Source: an uncultured delta proteobacterium
GTDB taxonomy: Bacteria > Myxococcota_A > Polyangia > Palsa-1104
Length of the DNA stretch: 64,000 bases
Direction: 5' to 3'
NCBI GenBank assembly: GCA_963785725.1
Contig: CAWAWS010000009.1
Span: 64,001-128,000 of the forward strand
Under the pieces are notes generated by a model. That model worked only from the letters and a program-made list of their open reading frames with translations, did no database searches and was not told the origin of the DNA. Made by a program: the position numbers and the translations under genes. Of this stretch, positions 23,320 through 32,435 are shown piece by piece (the first letter of the stretch is position 1; each line of letters starts with the position of its first letter).

Positions 23320-25365
23320 ATGTTCTGGTCCAAGACGTGGTTCTTCCTGATTGCGCTCGTCGGTGCGTTGGCAGTGGCGGTGGCGTTGTTGGCGACGCGG
23401 CCGCTGCAGCGCGATCTCGAGCGTGAGACGGGCGCGCGCCTCGAACGCGCCCAGCATTCGGCGTCGCTCCTCCTCAAGGTCAATGCGCGCAAGTGGATCG
23501 ACACGGCGGCGCAGGTGGCGACGGACGCGGTGCTCGTCGAGGCGCTCGATCAGGCGACCAAAGGGCCGGCCGATCTGGGCCTCGTGCATCGGACGGTGCA
23601 AGAGCGGCTCAAGTATTTCAACGACAAGATGAAGGTGGATCTCGTCATGGCCACCGACGCGCACGGGCGGGTGATCGCGCGCGCCGGGCTCGACGACAGC
23701 GTGTACAAAGACGGCGTCGAGGGGTTTCCGCTCGTCGCCGATGCGCTGCGCGGCTATCGCGGCGACGACACGTGGTCGCAGGGCGGCAAGCTCTATCGCG
23801 TCGCGGCGTCGCCGGTCATCCGCGCCGATCGTTATGTCGGCGCGCTCGTCGTCGGACAAGAGGCGGCGGGCGAGCTGGCGCAGTCGATGAAGCGGGTGCT
23901 CGACGTCGACGTGGCGTTCCTCTTGCGCGGTCGCGTGCTGGCGGCGTCGGCGCAGATGCCGCTGCTCGGGCAGCTGCCGCTCTTGGTCGATCAACATTAC
24001 GACGAGATGATGGCGAGCGGGCGGTCGATGCCGCTGGCGGTCGATCAGGGTGGCGAGTCGTATCTGGTGGTGATCGCGCCCTTCGTGGGCGAGGCGGCGG
24101 AGCACAAGGCGGCCTACGCGCTGGTCGTGCCGCGGACGCCGGCGGTGACGCTGCAGTATCTGCTGGAGCAGCTGCTGCAGACGGATCCGAAGACGCTGCC
24201 GTGGGTGCAGCTGGCACCGATCGGCGGCGCGCTGTTGTTGGCGCTCATTATCGGCTTTCTGATGATGCGGCTGGAGGCGCTGCGGCCGCTCAAGCGGCTG
24301 GCGCGCGATGCGCAGGCGTTGGCGCGTGGCGACATTGCGCGGCTCGACGACGACCGCCATCCGGGCAAGTTCGGGACGGTGGCGCGCGCGCTCAACACGA
24401 CGCTCGATCGGCTGGGATCGGCGCCGCGGGCGCAGCGCGAGAGCAGCCGCAGCTTGGCGCCGGAGACGTCGTATTCGCGCGAGACGATCGCCGAGCCGTA
24501 CGCAGCGGCGCGGCAGGAGCAGCTGGCGCAGCAGCCGCGGCAAGAGTACGCGCCGCCGCCGCGCCAGGAGTTTGCGCCACCGCCGCCGCCGCGGCAGGAG
24601 CTGGCGCCGCGGCAAGAGGCGTTCGCGCCGCCGCCGCCGCCGCCGATACCGCGGCATGATCCGTATGCCGTGACGCGCGCGGCGTCGCCGCAAGCGCAAC
24701 CGATGAGCTTGCCGCGACAGACGGATCTGGAGGCGCCGTCGGTGCCGGAGTTCGACTCGCGGGCGACCATGGCGCGGCCGCGACCGCAGCTCGACGCCAT
24801 ACCGATGCAGCGCGACGACCGGCCCGACTCGGGTGAGCTCAGGCCGACGCAGGTGCGCATCGACTCGCGTAACTCGATGGCGGCGCCGCCACCGCCGCCG
24901 TCGCTGGTGCAGAGCCGCGATCAGACGGATCCGCACGACGCCGGGCCCGACTTCGTGGAGTCGACGATCTCGCCGCTCGGGCATCGCACGCCGCCGCCGA
25001 GCCCGTCGCCGCTGGGCAACGTGGGGCCGATCGGCGGCAAGGATTCGTTCGACGATCAGACGGCGGTCGCGAGCCCGTCGGAGGCGCTGTTGCGGGCGGC
25101 GGCGCGCGACATCTCGCAGGTGGGGCCGAACCCCGTCGAGGCGGCGGCCTTGGAGGCGGAGTTTCGCCAGGTCTATCGCGACTTCATCGAGACGAAGCAG
25201 GCGTGCGGCGAGGCCATCGAAGGCATCACGTACGATAAATTCTCGGGCAAGCTGCGCAACAATCGGCAGCAGCTCATCACGCGCTATTCGTGCAAGACGG
25301 TGAAGTTCCAGGTCTACATCAAGGACGGCAAGGCGGCGCTGAAGGCGACGCCGGTGACGGCCTAG
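23320..25365 (+). CDS. MXAN_5187-family membrane protein (TM, Cache-like periplasmic region, TM, HAMP-like, Pro-rich linker, conserved C-terminal domain)
   Basis: C-terminus FRQVYRDFIETKQACGE...YDKFSGKLRNN...VKFQVYIKDGKAALKATP; two TM segments; PLKRLARDAQALARGD. Confidence 0.8.
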   Translation: MFWSKTWFFLIALVGALAVAVALLATRPLQRDLERETGARLERAQHSASLLLKVNARKWIDTAAQVATDAVLVEALDQATKGPADLGLVHRTVQERLKYFNDKMKVDLVMATDAHGRVIARAGLDDSVYKDGVEGFPLVADALRGYRGDDTWSQGGKLYRVAASPVIRADRYVGALVVGQEAAGELAQSMKRVLDVDVAFLLRGRVLAASAQMPLLGQLPLLVDQHYDEMMASGRSMPLAVDQGGESYLVVIAPFVGEAAEHKAAYALVVPRTPAVTLQYLLEQLLQTDPKTLPWVQLAPIGGALLLALIIGFLMMRLEALRPLKRLARDAQALARGDIARLDDDRHPGKFGTVARALNTTLDRLGSAPRAQRESSRSLAPETSYSRETIAEPYAAARQEQLAQQPRQEYAPPPRQEFAPPPPPRQELAPRQEAFAPPPPPPIPRHDPYAVTRAASPQAQPMSLPRQTDLEAPSVPEFDSRATMARPRPQLDAIPMQRDDRPDSGELRPTQVRIDSRNSMAAPPPPPSLVQSRDQTDPHDAGPDFVESTISPLGHRTPPPSPSPLGNVGPIGGKDSFDDQTAVASPSEALLRAAARDISQVGPNPVEAAALEAEFRQVYRDFIETKQACGEAIEGITYDKFSGKLRNNRQQLITRYSCKTVKFQVYIKDGKAALKATPVTA

Positions 25366-27170
25366 CCCGTCGCTGAATCGGTCGCGGTCGCCGGCGCGCA
25401 CGGCAGCGCGACCGTGAAGACGGCGCCGGGCGGGCCGGCGACGCGGATGTCGCCGCCGTGGTCGCGCACGATGCGGTGGACGATGGCGAGGCCGAGGCCG
25501 GTGCCTTTGGTTTTCGTCGTGAAATAGGGTGTGAACAGCTTGGCGCGGGCTTCGTCGCTGAGGCCGGGGCCGTCGTCGGCGACCTCGAGCTCGATGCGAC
25601 CGTCGACGGCGCGGGTGCGCACGCGGATGCGCCCGACGACCTCGGCACGACTGTCGGATTCGGCGCGACCGTCGCCGTCGCTGCGATTGTCGGACGGGGC
25701 GCGGTCGGCGGACTGGGCGCGACTGTCGGCTTCGGCCCGAGCGGCAGCGAGCGCGTCGCGGGCGTTTTCCACGAGGTTGATGACGACCTGCGTGAGCTGC
25801 TCTTTGTCGGCGAGCGCGAGCGGCAAATCCGCCGCCAAGTCGAGATCGAGCGGTGTCTCGCCGCCCTTGTAGAGCGCCAGCGCGTTGTCGACAATCTCGC
25901 TGACGTCGACGGCCGCCAAGGTCGGCTGCGGCATGCGCGCGAACGACGAAAACTCCGCCACGATCCGCTTGAGCCGCCCCACTTCGTCGAGGATGGTCTG
26001 CGCCGACTCGCCGAACAGCGCGTCGAACTGCGGCGCCCCTTTGCGATGGGCGCGCTGCAGCGTCTCGATCGCCATCTGGATCGGCGTCAGCGGATTCTTG
26101 ATTTCATGCGCGATGCGCTGCGCGATGTCGCGCCACGCGGCCACGCGTTCGGCGCGCACCAGCTCCTCGCGCGCGCCGGCCAAATCGCGCGTCATGTCGT
26201 TGAAGGTGGCGGCGAGCTCGCCCACCTCGTCGCGCGTGCGCACCGGGACCGACGCGTCGAGGCGGCCGCGCGCGACGTCGCGCGCACCGGCCGACAGCTC
26301 GCGCAGCGGCTCGGCGATGCGCCGCGCCACGAAGGCGCCACCGAGCAGCGCCAAGAACGCGCCGGCGACGGCGAGCGCGGCCGCGGCCCAGCCGATGTCG
26401 GCGAGCGCGACGGCCAGCTCGTCGTTCGACACGGCGACCTCGACGCGCGCCACGGTCGTGCCGTCGGGGCCGGCGAGCTCGACCGTGCGCCGCGGCCAGC
26501 GTCGCGGCGGTGCCGGCGCGTGCGCGGCGACGAGCGTGCCGTCGGCCGCGTACAGCCGCGCGGCGGGCCGCAAGCGGTTGACGAAGTCCTCGCCCAAGAT
26601 GCGCCCACCGACGACGACGACGCTGGGCGTCTTGTCGCCGAAGCGGCCGTGCACCGAGCGCGTCGCTTCGAGCGCCAACACGGTGCGGGCGCGACCGCCT
26701 TCGAAGATTTCGTCGCGCACGAGCCGGGCTTGGCCGCGGGCGCGACGGGCCGCGGCGAGCGCGTCGGGGTCGCTGTCGCCGACGCGCCCTTCGAAGTGCC
26801 CAGCCGCCAAGACTTCGCCGCGATCGTCGACAACTTCGAGCACATCGAGGCCGAGGCCGTGCATCGCCGCCGCGGCACGCGCCTTGACCGCGCGCGCCGC
26901 GTCGTCGTCGAGCGGACCGCGCGCCAGCTCGAGCAGCACGGGCTCGATGAGCCAATCGTCGGGACGGGCGAGCCGCTCGGTCGCGCGCTCGACGTCATCG
27001 GCCAGCCGCTGATACTCGGCGCGCACCTGCTCGGCGGCGTCGTCGAGCGAGGCGCGATATTCGCCGCGATAGCGGTCGGCCACGACGACGCGCGCCACCG
27101 CCGCCACCGATACGATCGGCAACAGCGCCACGGCGGCAAACGCCACGGTCAGCTTGGTCTGAAGGCGCAC
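25362..27170 (-). CDS. HAMP sensor histidine kinase (NtrY-like)
   Basis: GTG at 27170 (RLQTKLTVAF); HAMP RDEVGELAATFN; H-box IAHEIKNPLTP; NLVENA, DDGPG, PYFTTK, GTGLGL. Confidence 0.92.
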   Translation of the reverse strand: MRLQTKLTVAFAAVALLPIVSVAAVARVVVADRYRGEYRASLDDAAEQVRAEYQRLADDVERATERLARPDDWLIEPVLLELARGPLDDDAARAVKARAAAAMHGLGLDVLEVVDDRGEVLAAGHFEGRVGDSDPDALAAARRARGQARLVRDEIFEGGRARTVLALEATRSVHGRFGDKTPSVVVVGGRILGEDFVNRLRPAARLYAADGTLVAAHAPAPPRRWPRRTVELAGPDGTTVARVEVAVSNDELAVALADIGWAAAALAVAGAFLALLGGAFVARRIAEPLRELSAGARDVARGRLDASVPVRTRDEVGELAATFNDMTRDLAGAREELVRAERVAAWRDIAQRIAHEIKNPLTPIQMAIETLQRAHRKGAPQFDALFGESAQTILDEVGRLKRIVAEFSSFARMPQPTLAAVDVSEIVDNALALYKGGETPLDLDLAADLPLALADKEQLTQVVINLVENARDALAAARAEADSRAQSADRAPSDNRSDGDGRAESDSRAEVVGRIRVRTRAVDGRIELEVADDGPGLSDEARAKLFTPYFTTKTKGTGLGLAIVHRIVRDHGGDIRVAGPPGAVFTVALPCAPATATDSATG

Positions 27171-27253
27171 GCCGCATCGTACTACGCGCGCGGGCGCCGC
27201 ATCTTCCGCAAGGGAGCGGAGCGCAGGCAACTTTTCCGGCGCGTGGCCGATAA

Positions 27254-28027
27254 TCAGAAGCTGAACGACAACGTCGACTTCAGCTCCGAATCGACCGGCC
27301 GAATACCGACCGGCGGCTGCGTATCGAGCGTCAACGTCAAGCTGAAGCGCACCGCGACATGCTTCGTGACCGTCAGCGACAACGACGAATCCGACAGCAT
27401 GCGCACGTCGTGAAAGTCGTCGAAGCGCGGCTGCGCATAAATCGTGTGCGCCACCATGATCTTGCCCTGCGACACCGCGATCACGGCATACGTCGACAGC
27501 CGATGCGCCAGCGACTGCGCCCGCGAATCGGGAAACAGCCCAGCCGACAGCCGCTCGTAGTCGGGCATGTAGGCGCCCGCCACCGCCAGCGTCACGTGCT
27601 TGCCCTCGACCAGCCGCAGCCGCGCGCCGACTCCCGCCACCGCGCGCACCGCCAGGCGACGAAACGCGTCGGCGTCGTGCTGCACGAAGGCCTCGAAGTC
27701 GATGGCCCGCGACAGCCGATAGCGATAGCGCGCGTGCTCCAGATCCTTCGAGACCAGCTCGTTCGTGCCCTGCAATCCGTATTCGCCGTGGACGTCGATG
27801 AACACGAGATGGCGCCGCTTGCGATACTGCACGATGCCGTTGCCGGTGAGCATGAGGATGTTGGTGTTGCCGCTGCGCCAATCGGCGGCCCCTTCGAGCG
27901 CGCCCGAGAAGCCGTCGCGGCTCTGCTTGTCGAGGAGCGGCTGCACGTTGAAGATCTGCGCCTCGGCGAGCGACGAGAAGACGAGCGGCCCAGCGACGAC
28001 GATGAGGACGACGACGGCGCGGCTCAC
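27254..28027 (-). CDS. DUF481-like outer-membrane beta-barrel
   Basis: GTG overlaps the upstream stop; signal peptide, SGNT motif, amphipathic strands, terminal LSFSF. Confidence 0.75.
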   Translation of the reverse strand: MSRAVVVLIVVAGPLVFSSLAEAQIFNVQPLLDKQSRDGFSGALEGAADWRSGNTNILMLTGNGIVQYRKRRHLVFIDVHGEYGLQGTNELVSKDLEHARYRYRLSRAIDFEAFVQHDADAFRRLAVRAVAGVGARLRLVEGKHVTLAVAGAYMPDYERLSAGLFPDSRAQSLAHRLSTYAVIAVSQGKIMVAHTIYAQPRFDDFHDVRMLSDSSLSLTVTKHVAVRFSLTLTLDTQPPVGIRPVDSELKSTLSFSF

Positions 28028-29493
28028 CGCGCCAGCCAGTGCACGTCGGCCCAATCGACGCGACCGGCGCCATCGACGCGCAGGTCGCGCAATTCCGGCG
28101 CCGCTTGCACGCGGGCGGCGCGGTGGAACAGCGGCACGACGCGGGTCGCCTCGAGGTCGACGGCCGTGCCATGCGCCAACGCGGCGCGCGCCGCCGCCGG
28201 ATCGACCGCAGCCACGAGCGCCAACGCCGCCAGCGTGCCGTCGGGCGCCGGCGGCACGGCGGCGCCGAGGACCAGCTCGTAGCGGCCGCCGTCGACGCGC
28301 GCGCGATAGGTCGCGGCGTCGGAGGCGTCGATGCTGACGTCGATGCCGGCGCGCGCGAGGTCGGCCAAGATACGCTCGGCGACGTCGCGATCGTCGAAGC
28401 GCGAGGCGTCGACGAGCAGGCTGAGCTTGGGGCGCGCGCCCGGCCAGCGGCGCTCGACTTCGCTGCGCGCGCGCGCCGGGTCGTACGCGGCCCGCTCGGT
28501 CGCGCCACCGAGCGCCGGCGGCACGGCGCCCGACGCCACCTGCGCCGGCTCGCGAACCGTCAGTCGCCGTAAGCGTTCGCGGTTGAGCGCCAGCGCCAAG
28601 ATGCGCCGCACGAGCGCGAAGTCGGGGATGTGACCGACGGCGATGAAGCCGGTGATCGTCTGCGGCCCATCGACGGCGACCGCGGCGTGATGCGCGCTCG
28701 CCTGATCGATCGCCGCCGCGGCCAGGTGACGCATGGCCTGCGACGAGCCCACCTCGAAGCTGCCGGCTTCGTCGCCGCGCGTCGGCCAGGCGCGCAGCAC
28801 GAGCGACGCGAGATAAGGCCGGCCGCTGCTGCAGCTCGCGCTCGCGGCCAGTCGCACGCTTTGGCCATCGAACGCCTCGACCACGAACGGGCCCGAGCCG
28901 ATGGGTCGCTTCGCCGAGACCATGCCATTGGGCGTAATCATGGCCGCGGGCGTCGACAAGAGGAGGGCCAGCTCGGGCGTCGGCCGCGTCAGCTCGAGCT
29001 CGATGGTCTCGTCCCCGGCGACGCGGGCGGCGCGGATGGGCCCGAGCGACCAGCCGGCCGGGTCGCGCAGCGCGCGCGTCAAGGAGGCGGCGACGTCGCG
29101 CGCGGTCAGGGCGCTGCCGTCGGAGAAGCGCAGCTCCGGCCGCACGGTGAGACGCGCGCGCAGGCTGCCGGCCGGGTTGTCGAGCGCCAGCGCCAGCGAC
29201 GGTTTCGGCTTGCCGGCGGCATCGATCGTGAACGGCGTGTCGTAGACGAGCGCGGCCACCTCGGCGTCGCCGGGACCGCCGCGCAGCGGATCGAACGTCG
29301 TCGGCGCCGACGCCAGCGCCGCCTGCACGGTGCCGCCGTAGAGCGCACGCGTCTCGGCGACGGCCGGCACCGGCGACGCCAGCGCCGCGAGCAGCGCCAA
29401 CGCCGCGCCGGGCGCCCACGCGCGCCACGGCCACGGCGCCGCGGCTGCCGACACCTTCCGTCGCGCGAGCGCCGGCGTCAGTTGACGATCCAT
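28024..29493 (-). CDS. Family 5 (peptide/nickel) ABC substrate-binding protein
   Basis: TFDP, LVYDT, LRFSDGSALTARDVAASL, PIGSGPF. Confidence 0.85.
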   Translation of the reverse strand: MDRQLTPALARRKVSAAAAPWPWRAWAPGAALALLAALASPVPAVAETRALYGGTVQAALASAPTTFDPLRGGPGDAEVAALVYDTPFTIDAAGKPKPSLALALDNPAGSLRARLTVRPELRFSDGSALTARDVAASLTRALRDPAGWSLGPIRAARVAGDETIELELTRPTPELALLLSTPAAMITPNGMVSAKRPIGSGPFVVEAFDGQSVRLAASASCSSGRPYLASLVLRAWPTRGDEAGSFEVGSSQAMRHLAAAAIDQASAHHAAVAVDGPQTITGFIAVGHIPDFALVRRILALALNRERLRRLTVREPAQVASGAVPPALGGATERAAYDPARARSEVERRWPGARPKLSLLVDASRFDDRDVAERILADLARAGIDVSIDASDAATYRARVDGGRYELVLGAAVPPAPDGTLAALALVAAVDPAAARAALAHGTAVDLEATRVVPLFHRAARVQAAPELRDLRVDGAGRVDWADVHWLAR

Positions 29494-30797
29494 AGCTCCG
29501 TCTTACCCGCGGCGCGGTCGCGCACGGCGGCGATGAGCTCGGCGCGACCGTCGCCGTCGATGTCGCCGGCGGCGAGCGCGCGCACCCCGCCCGGCAGCCG
29601 ATCGACGCGATGAACGACCGGCAGCCCGGCCGTCAGCGCGCGAATGACGATGGCATCGGCCTCGCCCGGCTGCACCGGCTCCGTCGTCACCAACATTTCG
29701 CCGCGATCGAGCAGCGCCAGCGCCAGCTGCGCGCCGACGCCGTGCACGGTCAACGGCGCCACCGGCAACGACGCCGGCGACGGCGAGGCCACGGGCGCCG
29801 CCAGCTGCACCGACAACGTGCCGGCGGCGTCGATGACGGCGCGCGCGGCGTGCCCGCTGCCGCGTGAGCCGGCGACGCTCCAGAAGCGCTCGGGCAGGCC
29901 GGCGGCGCCGGCGCCGGGCGCACACGCGGTCGCGGCGAACCAGTCGACGCCGGCCACCAGCTCGCAGCGCGCGCCGATGCCCGGGAAGGCGAAGCCATGC
30001 GCGACGGTCTGCTGCTCGCCGGCGCGGCGCACGCCGTCGGCGAACGGCGACGCGTGGGCGACGATGACGCCATCCTCGACGACGACGGTGGCGACGTCGG
30101 CGCGCGGGCGCTGCGCGGCCGGTCGCGCGCCGATGGCGAAGCGGCGCCGTTCGGCGAGCTTGGCGCCGTCCCACGCCCAGACGACGACTTCGGCGGCAGT
30201 GGCGCCGACGACCTCGGCGCGACCATCGCCGTCGACGTCGCCGACATCGAGCGCCAGCACGTCGACGTCGCCGACCGGGATGCCGCGGGCTTGCCAGCGG
30301 CCGGGCGGCGCGGCGATCGCCGGCAGATAGGCGCGCAACTCGGCATCGAGCGGCGTCTCGACGTACACGTGCGAGCGCGTCTCGGCCGGCGGCGTCCACG
30401 GCGAGCCCGACAAGGCGACGAGCGCGCCCGTGCCGCGCAGGCGGCCGCCGGCGACGTCGAGGTCGAGCCGCACCAGCCGCTCGAAGCCGGCGGCGCGCGC
30501 CCAGGCTTCGTCGCCGGCGCCACGCGCGACCGAGCGCACGCCGGCCGAGCGCAGCCGCGCGACCAGCAGCGCCGCCAAGTCGTCGCCGAGGCGCGGCCAG
30601 GCGCCGCCGATGACGACCGCGACGTCGAGATCGGCCGCGCCGCCGAGCTGCGGACGCAAGAGGTCGACGATGGCGTCGGCGAAGGTGTCGAGCGAGCCGC
30701 GCGTCACCGAGGCCGGGCGCGGCGCCGCGCCTGACGTCGACGGCGGCGAGCCGACGGCGAGCGCGACCAGCGTCAGCGGCAGGAGTCGGCGTAGCAC
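29478..30797 (-). CDS. Secreted protein with FG-GAP/VCBS motifs
   Basis: Signal peptide; two GD(V/I)DGDGRAE motifs. Confidence 0.75.
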   Translation of the reverse strand: MLRRLLPLTLVALAVGSPPSTSGAAPRPASVTRGSLDTFADAIVDLLRPQLGGAADLDVAVVIGGAWPRLGDDLAALLVARLRSAGVRSVARGAGDEAWARAAGFERLVRLDLDVAGGRLRGTGALVALSGSPWTPPAETRSHVYVETPLDAELRAYLPAIAAPPGRWQARGIPVGDVDVLALDVGDVDGDGRAEVVGATAAEVVVWAWDGAKLAERRRFAIGARPAAQRPRADVATVVVEDGVIVAHASPFADGVRRAGEQQTVAHGFAFPGIGARCELVAGVDWFAATACAPGAGAAGLPERFWSVAGSRGSGHAARAVIDAAGTLSVQLAAPVASPSPASLPVAPLTVHGVGAQLALALLDRGEMLVTTEPVQPGEADAIVIRALTAGLPVVHRVDRLPGGVRALAAGDIDGDGRAELIAAVRDRAAGKTELWIVN

Positions 30798-30999
30798 CGC
30801 CGCATCATACGCAGAATCGCCCGCCGATCACGCGCACCCGGCCGCAAAATTCTCACCCGCGCGCGCAAATTCATCAGCACCGCCGGCCACGCGACGTCGA
30901 CTTGGCGTCACCGATGCGCGTTCGCTCGCGGCCGTGACTGATGCGGGTGCGATCGCGGCTGGCGACGTCGGCTCATGCGGCCGCCGGGCGTCGCGGCGG

Positions 31000-31416
31000 T
31001 CAGGCGGTGACGTCGCGGCGGGGCAAGAGGCTGCGCATGACCGCGCGCGCCTGTCGCAGCGGCCAAAAAGCCATGTGAACCGCCATGCCGACGATCTTGC
31101 GCGCGTCGTCGAGCAGGTAGCGCGGCGGCTCCTCGTGCGACGTCGTCGACACCTGGCGCCGCGGCTCGTCGACCTCCGGCAAGGGCGCGCTCTTGGCCCG
31201 CGGCACGGCCTTGCGCAGCCCGCGCGGCGGCTCGGCGACATGCTGCTCGGGCGGCGCATGGCCCATCAGGTTGTCGCGCCCCGCTCGCTCTGCGAACCGC
31301 GCCGCCTGCCGAGCCAGCGCTTGCTTGCTGCGGGCCGCCTTGACGTCCTCGCCTCGATTGTCCTCGCGCTGACGAACCCTCGCTGGAACTTGATGACCAT
31401 TGCCGCGCTTGCTCAT
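31000..31416 (-). CDS. Hypothetical basic protein
   Basis: MSKRGNGHQ... open frame filling an otherwise empty gap, divergent from DUF2231; no family recognised. Confidence 0.4.
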   Translation of the reverse strand: MSKRGNGHQVPARVRQREDNRGEDVKAARSKQALARQAARFAERAGRDNLMGHAPPEQHVAEPPRGLRKAVPRAKSAPLPEVDEPRRQVSTTSHEEPPRYLLDDARKIVGMAVHMAFWPLRQARAVMRSLLPRRDVTA

Positions 31417-31468
31417 GGTCATGATCGAAGCAAGCTTCGTACCGCAACGGTAAAGGTATACTCGTTCA

Positions 31469-31912
31469 GTGTCTCGCCGGCCGCTGCACCCGACGCTGGT
31501 GCATTTTCCCTTCCTGCTGTGGGGCATGAGCTTCGTGTTCGACGTCGTGTCGTTGTGGCGTGGGCCGACGATGGTGGAGGCGGCGCTGTTCAACCTCATC
31601 GCCGGCTTGGCCGCGGCCGTGGCGGCGGCTGTCACCGGCTTGTGGGACTACCTCAACCAGCTGCAGCCGCGATCGCCGGCCCGCCGCACCGCGCGCTGGC
31701 ACGCGCTGACGAACGGCTGCGCGACGGTGCTCTTCGTCGCCAGCTTGCTGACGCGCTGGTCGACGCGCGGCGCGACGACGGCGACGCCCGAAGTTCCGTT
31801 CGTGCTCTCGGGTCTGGGTTTAGCGCTCTTGGGTGTCGGGATGTATCTCGGCGGCGTCGTGGCCTATCAGCGCAACCTCACCAAGCCCCCGCAATCTCCA
31901 GACGCGCATTGA
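31469..31912 (+). CDS. DUF2231-family membrane protein
   Basis: PLHPTLVHFP, TGLWDY, HALTN, GMYLGG; four hydrophobic segments. Confidence 0.85.
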   Translation: MSRRPLHPTLVHFPFLLWGMSFVFDVVSLWRGPTMVEAALFNLIAGLAAAVAAAVTGLWDYLNQLQPRSPARRTARWHALTNGCATVLFVASLLTRWSTRGATTATPEVPFVLSGLGLALLGVGMYLGGVVAYQRNLTKPPQSPDAH

Positions 31913-32435
31913 CGACGCTGTCGACGACGCGCGGCTGCGCGTGGCCGATGCGCGCGAGGAAGACGGCGCAGGCTTCGGCGACGATGACACCCAGCTCGCG
32001 CGGCGGATCGGCCCACTCCTCGACGGCGAGCTTGGCTCGATGCGGCGCGCGCTCGACGACGACCAGCTTGCCCGTGTCGAAGCTCAGCGTAAACAAATCG
32101 GCCGAGCGATCGAGCAGCTGCTCCGGCGTCGCCGCCTGCAGAAATGTCAGCCACACCGTCGAGATAGCGGCGGCCATCGTCGCGCGCGTCATCTCGCGCA
32201 AGAGCCGATAGGTCGGCGGATCGCCGAAGCGCCGCTCGAACGCCGCCAGCACCTCCAGCCACGCCGGCAGCGGAATCCAGCCGTCCTCGAGCTTGGGCTG
32301 CGTCAAAAACGAGTGCGCCGGCAGCTCGCGGGCCACTTGCGCGAACGCTGCCGGGCCTTCCCGCTCGCGCAGATAACGCAGCGACGAGCGCACGAGCCGC
32401 GCCGAGATCGACGGCGACTTGCCCACCGCCGTCAT
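31878..32435 (-). CDS. Myxobacterial DUF2378/TIGR02265-like hypothetical protein
   Basis: ATG overlaps the pepN stop; GWIPLPAW..., TPEQLL...FDTGKL pattern; 185 aa. Confidence 0.55.
   Translation of the reverse strand: MTAVGKSPSISARLVRSSLRYLREREGPAAFAQVARELPAHSFLTQPKLEDGWIPLPAWLEVLAAFERRFGDPPTYRLLREMTRATMAAAISTVWLTFLQAATPEQLLDRSADLFTLSFDTGKLVVVERAPHRAKLAVEEWADPPRELGVIVAEACAVFLARIGHAQPRVVDSVVNARLEIAGAW

Noticed and set aside
25640..25745. Imperfect 24-nt direct repeat inside the histidine kinase as a mobile-element scar
   Set aside because: It is an in-frame low-complexity loop (RAEADSRA / RAESDSRA) with no transposase or terminal inverted repeats.
25362..28508. 1048-aa giant histidine kinase and 726-aa barrel (27254..29434)
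   Set aside because: The N-terminal parts are alternative frames of upstream genes; GTG starts at 27170 and 28027 give coherent proteins.
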